41,514 nucleotides of DNA from an uncultured Sandaracinaceae bacterium (lineage in GTDB: Bacteria > Myxococcota_A > Polyangia > Polyangiales > JADJQN01). Shown one piece after another: positions 24,116-31,627 of the stretch. The position numbers were made by a program, and so were the translations under genes. The stretch is taken from NCBI GenBank assembly GCA_964635815.1, contig CAZWQH010000003.1, positions 1 to 41,514 on the forward strand. Direction: 5' to 3'. Position 1 is the stretch's first letter. Each line of letters starts with the position of its first letter. The notes below the pieces were generated by a model. The model saw nothing but the letters and a program-made list of their open reading frames with translations, searched no databases and was not told the origin of the DNA.

Positions 24116-27058
24116 ATGCGCGTTTCACAGCTGCTTGGATTGGTTAGTTTGTCGGTATTCGTTGCGTTGAGCGGTTGCGGAAGCAACACCGCTCCGCCAG
24201 GTGGAAATAATGACGCTTCGGTGATCAACACCGAAGGCGGTAGTGGCGAGGCTGGCGCGATCGATGTTCGTGTGAATCCGGACGTCGTGGTTCCCGCAGA
24301 TCGCCCGGTTACGCCGGACGTTGTGGTTCCCACGGATCGTCCCGTGACGCCCGACGTTGTGGTGCCCGCGGATCGCCCGGTCACGCCCGCGGACGTCGTG
24401 ATTCCGACCGACCGACCGGTCACACCCTCGGACGTCGTGGTTCCCACGGACCGCCCGGTTACGCCTGTGGACGTCAACGTGGTGCCGCCGGTTGATAGCG
24501 GAACCCCTGCTCCGGACGTAGTTACGGTTCCGGACACGGGCACGCCCTGTACCGAGACCACGTGTGGCGCAAGTTGCGTCGACACGGACGAAGATGTTGC
24601 GAACTGCGGAGGATGCGGAAACGATTGTCGCAACCTTCCGGGCACGGCCTCGGCTAGCGCAACGTGTTCGGACGGCACTTGCGTGATCGCTTGCGCTGCC
24701 GGTCGCGACAACTGTAGCGGCGGCGTGGCGGACGGCTGCGAGACCGACCTCTCGCTTCCTGCGACCTGCGGCGGATGCGGCACATCGTGCAACGAGCCCA
24801 CACCACTGTGCGGCCTCGTCGCAGGTTCGTTCCAATGCTCGAGCGGCTGCGAGGGTCGTACACCCACGCGCTGTGGAGGCAGCTGCGTGGATACTACGAG
24901 CGACCCGAATCACTGCGGCAACTGCGACACGAGCTGCACGGCTCCATCCAACGCGAGTGCGACGTGCACCACCGGTGATGGTTCGAGCACCTGCGGTTGG
25001 GTATGCAATAGCGGCTTCTACCGCTGTGGCGATGCGTGCGTTCCAGTTGCCGTCAACGGCAACTGCTCGGACGGCAACTTGGCTGACGGCGACGGCTGCA
25101 GCGCACTTTGCGCGGTCGAAGACGGATACTCGTGCACAGGGGCGCCTTCTACTTGCAGCACCTCGTGCGGCGACGGCATTCAGGTCGGTACAGAGGCGTG
25201 CGACGACGGCCGACAAGACGACGGCGACGGTTGCGACTCAGACTGTGCGCTCGAAACCGGATTCAACTGCTCGGGCACGCGCCCAACCAACTGCACGGCA
25301 ATCTGCGGAAACGGCTTGCTTCAGGCTGGCGAAACCTGCGACGACAACAATACCGACACGCGCGATGGCTGCGGGTCCGACTGTCGCCCGGAGGGTGGCT
25401 GGACGTGTGATGGAGCATCGCCTTCGACGTGCGTGACGACCTGCCAAGACGGATTCTGGGTCCCCCAGGTCGAAGGCTGCGATGACGGTAATCCGACGGA
25501 CGGTGATGGCTGCTCGATCGGTTGCACTGTCGAAACAGGCTGGGACTGCAGCAGCGGCACCTGCGTTCCGATGTGCGGCGACGGTCTGGTTCGTGGAAGC
25601 GAAACCTGTGACCAAGGTGGGTTCATTCCGAACAGCTGGCCAGGACCTGGTGGTGGACTTCCGCCTCCCACCGGTGGCTGCGATCGCGACACGTGCCAAA
25701 CGCTCCCCGGATACACATGCATGGGGGAGCCCAGTGTGTGCATGACGGGCTGCGGCGACGGCATCATTGCTGGCATCGAACAATGCGACGACGGCAACAT
25801 GGACCTCGGCGACGGCTGTTCGTCTTGCGCCATCGATCTCGGGTTCAGCTGCGCCGGTAGCCCGAGCACGTGTATGACCAGCTGCGGTGATGGCATTCGC
25901 GCGGGCATGGAAATGTGCGACGACGGCAACCCGAACGTTGGCGATGGCTGTACGTCGTGCGATGTAGACAACGGCTGGGGATGCACGGGTTCGTTGCCGA
26001 GCACATGCGCTCCTGTTTGCGGTGACAGCCAGCTTGCTGGCGGTGAAACCTGCGACGACGGCAACCCAGATTCGGGCGACGGCTGCAGCAACTTGTGCAA
26101 CTTCGAACGAGGCTATGTGTGCGGGCCGGAGCTGCCGAGCATCTGCAACGCGTTCTGTGGTGACGGCATCATCGTCGTCGGCCGTGAGACCTGCGACGAC
26201 GTCGGTCGCGTACCCGGCGACGGCTGTAACGCCGACTGCCAGGTCGAAAACAACTGGAGCTGCGCCGGCGAGCCGAGTACCTGTGACCTTTGCGGTAACG
26301 GGTTCATCTTCTCGACTGAGGCGTGCGACGACGGTGGCCTCAACACCGGCGACGGCTGCGACGGTTCATGTCAGCGCGAGCCGGGTTACCGGTGCACCCC
26401 GACGAGTGGTCCTGGACCGAGCGTTTGCGTCGCGACGTGCGGAAACGGGATCGTCGAACCCGCTGAGGGTGAGACCTGCGACGACAACTGGCGCAACATA
26501 CCGGGTGCAACGGGTGGTGGGGGTGATGGATGCTCATCGACCTGCACGATCGAACCGGGCTTCAGCTGCGCAGGTTCCATCTGCCGTGGCTCGTTCACGA
26601 CGACGTCGCCGCTACGGATTCCGGACGCTACGTCGGCGGTCACTCAGACGCTTGTAACCAGTTTGACGAATGCATGCGTGTTCACGGACGTAGACGTGAC
26701 GAACGACTACGACGAGGGGTATTGCACCGGACGCGGATGTGGTCACACGTTCGGCGCGGACTTCTACGTCCAGATCACGAACGGGGGGACGACGACATTC
26801 CTCCACAACCGTGAGCACGGCGGTTTGGATCTTCAGAACGTATTCGTGTACGACGACGCTGCAGCGGTGGCGTGGGGCTCCGCGCCCAACAATGGTGACG
26901 ACGTGGCCGGTGGGACGTACCGTCCCTCTGGCTCCCTCTCCGTCTTCAACAACCTGGCCGCGAACCCGAACTGGGTCTTGACTGCACAGGACACGGTCGG
27001 CGCGGACGAAGGCCAGATCCAGACATGGACGGTCAACGCGCGATGTCGCGTGAACTGA
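24116..27058 (+). CDS. Lipoprotein with Pro-rich tandem repeats, CxxC-rich region, 11 Myxococcus-type cysteine-rich repeats and a C-terminal proprotein-convertase P-domain-like module
   Basis: GGAGGAAG RBS precedes ATG 24116. Lipobox ALSGC. (PDVVVPxDRPVT)x5. Three copies of C..CVDT..D...CG.CG..C. Eleven repeats of the form CGDGI..G.E.CDDGN...GDGCS..C..E.G..C.G.PS.C (about 25055-26587), as in TIGR02232/DUF4215 from memory. The final 156 aa (26588-27055), ...LRIPDATSAV...ADFYVQITNGGTTTFL...GGTYRPSG...WVLTAQDTVGADEGQIQTWTVNA, is P-domain-like. Confidence 0.8.
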   Translation: MRVSQLLGLVSLSVFVALSGCGSNTAPPGGNNDASVINTEGGSGEAGAIDVRVNPDVVVPADRPVTPDVVVPTDRPVTPDVVVPADRPVTPADVVIPTDRPVTPSDVVVPTDRPVTPVDVNVVPPVDSGTPAPDVVTVPDTGTPCTETTCGASCVDTDEDVANCGGCGNDCRNLPGTASASATCSDGTCVIACAAGRDNCSGGVADGCETDLSLPATCGGCGTSCNEPTPLCGLVAGSFQCSSGCEGRTPTRCGGSCVDTTSDPNHCGNCDTSCTAPSNASATCTTGDGSSTCGWVCNSGFYRCGDACVPVAVNGNCSDGNLADGDGCSALCAVEDGYSCTGAPSTCSTSCGDGIQVGTEACDDGRQDDGDGCDSDCALETGFNCSGTRPTNCTAICGNGLLQAGETCDDNNTDTRDGCGSDCRPEGGWTCDGASPSTCVTTCQDGFWVPQVEGCDDGNPTDGDGCSIGCTVETGWDCSSGTCVPMCGDGLVRGSETCDQGGFIPNSWPGPGGGLPPPTGGCDRDTCQTLPGYTCMGEPSVCMTGCGDGIIAGIEQCDDGNMDLGDGCSSCAIDLGFSCAGSPSTCMTSCGDGIRAGMEMCDDGNPNVGDGCTSCDVDNGWGCTGSLPSTCAPVCGDSQLAGGETCDDGNPDSGDGCSNLCNFERGYVCGPELPSICNAFCGDGIIVVGRETCDDVGRVPGDGCNADCQVENNWSCAGEPSTCDLCGNGFIFSTEACDDGGLNTGDGCDGSCQREPGYRCTPTSGPGPSVCVATCGNGIVEPAEGETCDDNWRNIPGATGGGGDGCSSTCTIEPGFSCAGSICRGSFTTTSPLRIPDATSAVTQTLVTSLTNACVFTDVDVTNDYDEGYCTGRGCGHTFGADFYVQITNGGTTTFLHNREHGGLDLQNVFVYDDAAAVAWGSAPNNGDDVAGGTYRPSGSLSVFNNLAANPNWVLTAQDTVGADEGQIQTWTVNARCRVN
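24278..24463 (+). repeat. In-frame tandem repeat, 36/39-bp period x5 (PDVVVPADRPVT units)
   Basis: Five consecutive imperfect units are visible in both DNA and protein. Unit lengths are 36, 36, 36, 39 and 39 nt. Confidence 0.85.
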
Positions 27059-27096
27059 GCGGACACTAAGCGCTAACGCGCGAACACACACGCAAG

Positions 27097-27129
27097 GCCT
27101 CGCCGGAAACGGCGGGGCTTTTGCTTTTC
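27097..27129. terminator. Rho-independent terminator between convergent genes
   Basis: GCCTCGCCG, loop GAAA, CGGCGGGGC (9 bp including one G-U), followed by TTTTGCTTTTC on the + strand. The TetR gene stop at 27133 abuts it. Confidence 0.7.
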
Positions 27130-27132
27130 GAG

Positions 27133-27771
27133 CTACGCAGATGCGACGCGTTCTCTAACGCCGAGGTAGCCAAGAATCAGCTCGCTGAGCTCTTCCACCA
27201 CTTCGTCCGCGCTCTCTTCGACACGTCCATCGACTACCGCAAGGTGGGTCACGGCTTCCACGCTCGCCGTCATCATGAACACTGCGAGCTCGAGGTTCTT
27301 CGGTCGAATCTCGTCCTTGTGTTCCTCGAAGTAGGAGCGAATCAGAGGATCGATCTGGGAGTGCATTGAACGAATGCGCGCGTGGCCACCCAAACGAGGG
27401 AGCTCGGTCGTAAGCGCATTGTGAAGCGCGGGCTTGTGCCTGTGCGCTTCGAGGATCGCGCGGATGTACGCCGGAACGATGACCTCGGGCGGCGCGCCCT
27501 GATACGACGCGAGCATCCCAACAGTGAGCTCGGTCATTTCCTGCATGTGGTTCTCGAGAAGCGCGCTCAGCAGCGCGGTCTTGTTCGGAAAGTATTGATA
27601 AAGGGAACCGACGCTCACCCCGGCGTCCGCGGCGACGCGATTCGTGTTGAGGGCTTCGTAGCCATGCTTCACCAGAATGCGAGCTGCGGACTTGAGAATG
27701 GTGTCCACCGTGTCCCGGGAGCGCTCTTGAGTGGGAGATTTCCGGCGAGTTATCAGCTGTTTTGTGGGCAT
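27133..27771 (-). CDS. TetR/AcrR-family transcriptional regulator
   Basis: ERSRDTVDTILKSAARILVKHGYEALNTNRVAADAGVSVGSLYQYFPNKTALL is a classic TetR N-terminal HTH. ATG 27771 (MPTKQLI...) lies inside the longer track ORF. Confidence 0.88.
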   Translation of the reverse strand: MPTKQLITRRKSPTQERSRDTVDTILKSAARILVKHGYEALNTNRVAADAGVSVGSLYQYFPNKTALLSALLENHMQEMTELTVGMLASYQGAPPEVIVPAYIRAILEAHRHKPALHNALTTELPRLGGHARIRSMHSQIDPLIRSYFEEHKDEIRPKNLELAVFMMTASVEAVTHLAVVDGRVEESADEVVEELSELILGYLGVRERVASA

Positions 27772-27849
27772 GTGAACTTCCTCTCGTGAACGCGAGTACA
27801 CAATGTGAGCAATCGCTCGCATTATGTTCTGCGAGACGGAGACGCGCCA
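27772..27849. promoter_or_regulatory. Divergent TetR/P450 promoter-operator region
   Basis: 78-bp gap between divergent starts. Contains inverted repeat CTCGCA (27816-27821) / TGCGAG (27830-27835), palindrome CACAATGTG (27799-27807) and direct GTGAAC repeats (27772, 27786). The operator assignment is inferred only from position. Confidence 0.4.
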
Positions 27850-29253
27850 ATGACCACGCAAGTCCAAGCCCAGACACCATCGGAAGCTTCTGCTAGTCCG
27901 CGTCCGCTCGTGCGCGCGACGGGACAGCTACCCATCCTTGGAGCCTCCGGGCAGTTTCGAAATGACCCGCTGCAAGCGCTTCGCAAACTGAGTCTCCAGG
28001 GCGACCGCGTCGAGATGAACATGCTCGGGACGCGCGCCGTCCTCTTCTCTCACCCGGACGACGTCCGGGAAGTGCTCGTGACCCACGGTCAACGCTACGA
28101 GAAAAACACGTGGGGCTACCGACGAATGCGCGAGATTTTGGGACGCGGACTCGTGACCTCGAACGGGGGACTGTGGAAAAAGCAGCGCCGCACGATGCAG
28201 CCCGTGTTCCAGCGTCCGCGCATCGATCTGCTCGTTCAGCGTATGAGCGCAAGCGCGATGGAGCTCGCCGAGAACTGGCAGAAGGGCGGCGCACGCTCAC
28301 TCGACGTGGACGACGACATGATGCGCGTGACGCTGCAGATCGTAGGACACACGCTCTTGTCGCAAGACGTGAGTGCGACCGCGACAAGGATGGGACCCGT
28401 CATGGACGAGCTGCTCTCCGGAATGATGGTTCGCATTGCCCGCCCCTGGACGTTCCTCATGCCGTGGACTCGGTCGAACCGAGCTTACTGGCAATCGATC
28501 AGAGCCCTCGACGAGATTGTGTGGCCCATCATTCGCACGCGCCGTGCTGAAGAGCAGACTAGCGGAGCGTCGAAGCGCGACCCGGACTTGCTCGATACGC
28601 TTCTCAGCGCTCGCGATCCAGAGACCGGCCAAGGTATGGACGAAGCCCAGCTTCGAGACGAAGTCATGACCATTTTTCTGGCTGGTCACGAAACGACTGC
28701 GGTTGGGCTCTCGTGGGCGCTCTACCTGATGGCAACACATCCAGAGATTCAGAGTGCGGCGCGAGAAGAGGTTCGACGCGTCGTTGGCGATCGACCGATC
28801 GAACCGAATGACCTAGTTGCGCTGGATCTCGTGGGTCGCATCGTTCAAGAGAGCATGCGTCTCTATCCTCCGGTGTGGTTCATCGCGCGCACGGTGATCG
28901 AAGCCCACGAAGTCGGCGGCATCTCGATGGTACCTGGTGACTGGGCGATGATGTCTCCGTGGACGACTCATCGTCGCGCGGACGTGTGGCCCGATCCGCT
29001 CAAGTTCGATCCAGAGCGATGGAGCAAAGGCCGGCTGACGACAGCGCAGCAGCACGCGTACTTCCCGTTTGCGAGCGGAAGTCGAAAGTGCATCGGCGAC
29101 TACTTTGCACTCACCGAGGCGAAGATCATTCTCGCTACGCTCCTCGGGCGCTTTCGCGTCGAACCCGACGGCCCCTGCCCCGACATTCTCCCTTCCGTAA
29201 CGATCCGGCCGAAGGGGGGCATGCGATTGAAGATTTCCCCAGTCGTTGCCTAG
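27850..29253 (+). CDS. Cytochrome P450 monooxygenase
   Basis: Heme-binding loop FPFASGSRKCIGDYFA (FxxGxRxCxG), I-helix FLAGHETT, K-helix ESMRLYPP. GGAG sits 8 nt upstream of ATG 27850; an in-frame GTG at 27805 is less likely. Confidence 0.9.
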   Translation: MTTQVQAQTPSEASASPRPLVRATGQLPILGASGQFRNDPLQALRKLSLQGDRVEMNMLGTRAVLFSHPDDVREVLVTHGQRYEKNTWGYRRMREILGRGLVTSNGGLWKKQRRTMQPVFQRPRIDLLVQRMSASAMELAENWQKGGARSLDVDDDMMRVTLQIVGHTLLSQDVSATATRMGPVMDELLSGMMVRIARPWTFLMPWTRSNRAYWQSIRALDEIVWPIIRTRRAEEQTSGASKRDPDLLDTLLSARDPETGQGMDEAQLRDEVMTIFLAGHETTAVGLSWALYLMATHPEIQSAAREEVRRVVGDRPIEPNDLVALDLVGRIVQESMRLYPPVWFIARTVIEAHEVGGISMVPGDWAMMSPWTTHRRADVWPDPLKFDPERWSKGRLTTAQQHAYFPFASGSRKCIGDYFALTEAKIILATLLGRFRVEPDGPCPDILPSVTIRPKGGMRLKISPVVA

Positions 29254-29305
29254 GCCAGGCCGTTAGGTTGAGCGAAAGTCGCTCGTCCCTTAAGCTCGCG
29301 GCCGC

Positions 29306-31177
29306 ATGAAATCTCAGCCCAACGCTTTTAGTCTTCTACTCTCACTGCTGCTTCTTGCGGGATGCGCTTCGGAAACGAAGGCGCCCGCCGGCAACGGAAG
29401 CGACGACTTCGCGCTCTCCTCTCTAGCCGAGCTTCGTGAGGGCGTGCCGCTCGCGGCCGACCTTCCGTCGGAAGCGAAGGCCGACGGAATCTATCCGCGT
29501 CAGTTCGACCTGATCGCGACGCAATCGCCGGTGAAGAATCAGGCCAGCCGGGGTGTGTGCACGATGTTCTCGACGACGGCGCTCGTCGAGCATCTCTACA
29601 TCGTCGCCAACGCGCTTCCGAACCCAGACTTCAGCGAGCAGTACCTTCAGTGGTCTTCGAAGGTGCAGCAGCGCGCGTACGCGAGCAGCGAAGGCGGAAA
29701 CAACGACAAGAACCTTCTTGCGATCAACCGTTTTGGAACGGTCGAAGAAGCCGCCTGGCCGTACGAGCCCTCGCCCTGGAGCGAAGCAAACGACCCGGCT
29801 TGCAAGGGAGATAGTCGTCCGACGCGGTGCTACACGAACGGTGAACCCCCCGCGAGCGCTACGTCCGCACAGAAGTTCAATATCGCCACGGGCCGATGGA
29901 TCAGCCCGCAGCGCGCGAGCATTCAAGCGCACATGGCCACTCGCCGAACCGCTGTCGTGGTCGGTCTCGATTTCTTCTATCAGTCGTGGAATCACGGCCG
30001 CTCGACACTCCCGATCTCGCAGGAGTACCTGTCGAACGGATACGTTCTCTATCCGAGCGAGGCGGACAAAGCCGCGAGCCGAATGACCCCTGCCGGTCAC
30101 GGAATCTTGCTTGTCGGGTGGAACGACGATCTCGAAGTACAGCAACTCAACTCAATGGGACTGCCGGCGGTCGATGCGATGGGACGCCCGATCATGCAGA
30201 AGGGGTTCTTCCTGTTCAAGAACAGCTGGGGCACTGCAAAGTTCGGCCGCGCAACACCGGCCGACAAAGGTGGAGCGGGCTACGGCTGGATCTCGTATCG
30301 ATACATCGAGGAGTTTGGCAGCGCGTACGTTTCCACCCCACCGGAAGCCGTTGTTGTCGCCGAGGTCTGCAACGACACGCGTGACAACGATGGTGACATG
30401 AAGATCGATTGCGACGACTCCGATTGCGCATCGAACTCCGCGTGCGGTGGAACAGGCAACATGTTCAGCGCGACGCCGAACGCTGCGATTCCAGACAACG
30501 CAGCCGCAGGTGTCACCAGCACGATCGAAGTTCCGACGGGCACGAACGTCAGCTCGCTCTCGGTCACCGTCGACATCGCGCATACGTACATTGGAGATCT
30601 GACTGTTCAGCTGACCAAGGGCACGCGAACCGTGACGCTTTGGGACAAAGACGGCGGAGGTGATGACAACCTTCAGCGCTCGTTCACACCGCGCGATTTC
30701 GAAGGACAGGCAGCTGGTGGAACCTGGACGCTCAAGGTCATCGACAGCGCTGGCTCGGATGTGGGAACGCTTCGCTCGTGGAGTCTTGCGATCGTTCAGT
30801 CGTCGGGCGGTGGTTCGGCGATGACGCAGACGTACACGAGCACGGCGGGAGCAATCGCGATCCCGGATAATCTTCCGAGCGGTGTGACGAACTCGATTGG
30901 CGTGACTGAGACTGGAATGGTGCGTCGTCTCGCTGTGACGGTTAACATCACGCACCCCGTTCGCGGTGACTTGATCGTGCGCTTCACGAAGCAGGGCGGC
31001 ATGCCCGTGACGCTTTACATGGGCGAGGGCGGAAATCTCCAGAACCTCACCCGTACATTCGAGGTGCCGTCCTACGTTGGCCAAGCGTCCGAGGGGACGT
31101 GGCAGCTGACAGTCGCAGACCGGGCGCGCGGCGATATGGGTTCGCTTACGTCCTGGTCGATGACGATCACTCGCTGA
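29306..31177 (+). CDS. Lipoprotein papain-family (C1) cysteine peptidase fused to a Cys/Asp-rich linker and two proprotein-convertase P-domains
   Basis: Lipobox LLLLAGC. Q79-x5-C85 (KNQASRGVCTMFS), H265 (PAGHGILLVGWND) and N305-S-W (FKNSWG) form the papain catalytic set. Linker CNDTRDNDGDMKIDCDDSDCASNSAC. Two ~110-aa modules (about 30461-30796 and 30827-31174) carry IPDN...V.V.I.H...GDL.V.L....T..L......TW.L.V.D....D.G.L.SWS. Confidence 0.85.
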   Translation: MKSQPNAFSLLLSLLLLAGCASETKAPAGNGSDDFALSSLAELREGVPLAADLPSEAKADGIYPRQFDLIATQSPVKNQASRGVCTMFSTTALVEHLYIVANALPNPDFSEQYLQWSSKVQQRAYASSEGGNNDKNLLAINRFGTVEEAAWPYEPSPWSEANDPACKGDSRPTRCYTNGEPPASATSAQKFNIATGRWISPQRASIQAHMATRRTAVVVGLDFFYQSWNHGRSTLPISQEYLSNGYVLYPSEADKAASRMTPAGHGILLVGWNDDLEVQQLNSMGLPAVDAMGRPIMQKGFFLFKNSWGTAKFGRATPADKGGAGYGWISYRYIEEFGSAYVSTPPEAVVVAEVCNDTRDNDGDMKIDCDDSDCASNSACGGTGNMFSATPNAAIPDNAAAGVTSTIEVPTGTNVSSLSVTVDIAHTYIGDLTVQLTKGTRTVTLWDKDGGGDDNLQRSFTPRDFEGQAAGGTWTLKVIDSAGSDVGTLRSWSLAIVQSSGGGSAMTQTYTSTAGAIAIPDNLPSGVTNSIGVTETGMVRRLAVTVNITHPVRGDLIVRFTKQGGMPVTLYMGEGGNLQNLTRTFEVPSYVGQASEGTWQLTVADRARGDMGSLTSWSMTITR

Positions 31178-31202
31178 ACCAAGCTCATCATTGAGTAGTG
31201 GG

Positions 31203-31234
31203 ACGCGGTCCATGTTCTTCATGGATCGCGTTTC
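31203..31234 (+). terminator. Terminator-like hairpin after the C1 peptidase gene
   Basis: ACGCGGTCCATG (31203-31214) pairs with CATGGATCGCGT (31220-31231): 12 bp including one G-U that only works on the + strand. 5-nt loop. The tail is only TTTC. Confidence 0.5.
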
Positions 31235-31350
31235 TAATTGAGCCACCCCATCAGCGGCGTGTGTAGTCGTGCGAGGAGATCGATGGGCTCAGCGCGATGT
31301 CCACTCTCGGGACGTTGTCCAACGGTACCTAGCGAACCAATGATGTCGCT

Positions 31351-31522
31351 CGCCGGTCGCGGACAGGTGTCTCCTCGGGACGCGGAGTTGCATTCCGGCC
31401 CTGCAAGATGTGACCGCGACGGGCCGGGCAACTCCGCTCGTCGCTCAGCCAATCGGAGACTTCGCCGACCAGCCGATTGGCATTCGCGGCCGCCCTCCGG
31501 AGACACCCGTCCGCGCCCAGCG
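31351..31522. other. Nested inverted-repeat element (three-helix junction); candidate structured RNA or MITE-like element
   Basis: Outer arms 31351-31374 / 31499-31522 (21 of 24 Watson-Crick). Inner hairpins 31382-31437 (10+7 bp) and 31448-31481 (9 bp). See findings. Confidence 0.55.
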
Positions 31523-31595
31523 GTCGCGCCAACCGGGTGCTCTCTGGCCGGGACGCGAGCGCGGGCTAGGTGGGTTCGAGGGGACGCCGCGAGTG

Positions 31596-31627
31596 CCAAT
31601 CGGCACATTGTTTGAGCCTCCGATTGG
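31596..31627. repeat. Second CCAATCGG-N16-CCGATTGG palindrome
   Basis: Same 8-bp arms and same 16-nt spacer length as 31449-31480, with an unrelated spacer sequence. Confidence 0.7.

Noticed and set aside
24049-26643. Minus-strand ORFs 24049..24867, 24125..25216, 25238..25783 and 25321..26100, and + strand out-of-frame ORFs inside the Cys-rich protein gene
   Set aside because: They overlap a strongly supported CDS. The compositions (Arg/Ala/Ser/Pro runs) are typical of wrong-frame translation, and 24049..24867 would run through the terminator hairpin at 24040-24070.
31601-31614. Sigma-54 promoter-like string CGGCACATTGTTTGA (GGCAC-N5-TTGA)
   Set aside because: The essential -12 GC dinucleotide is GA here, and no downstream + strand gene exists. 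It also overlaps the palindrome arm, which explains the GGCA.
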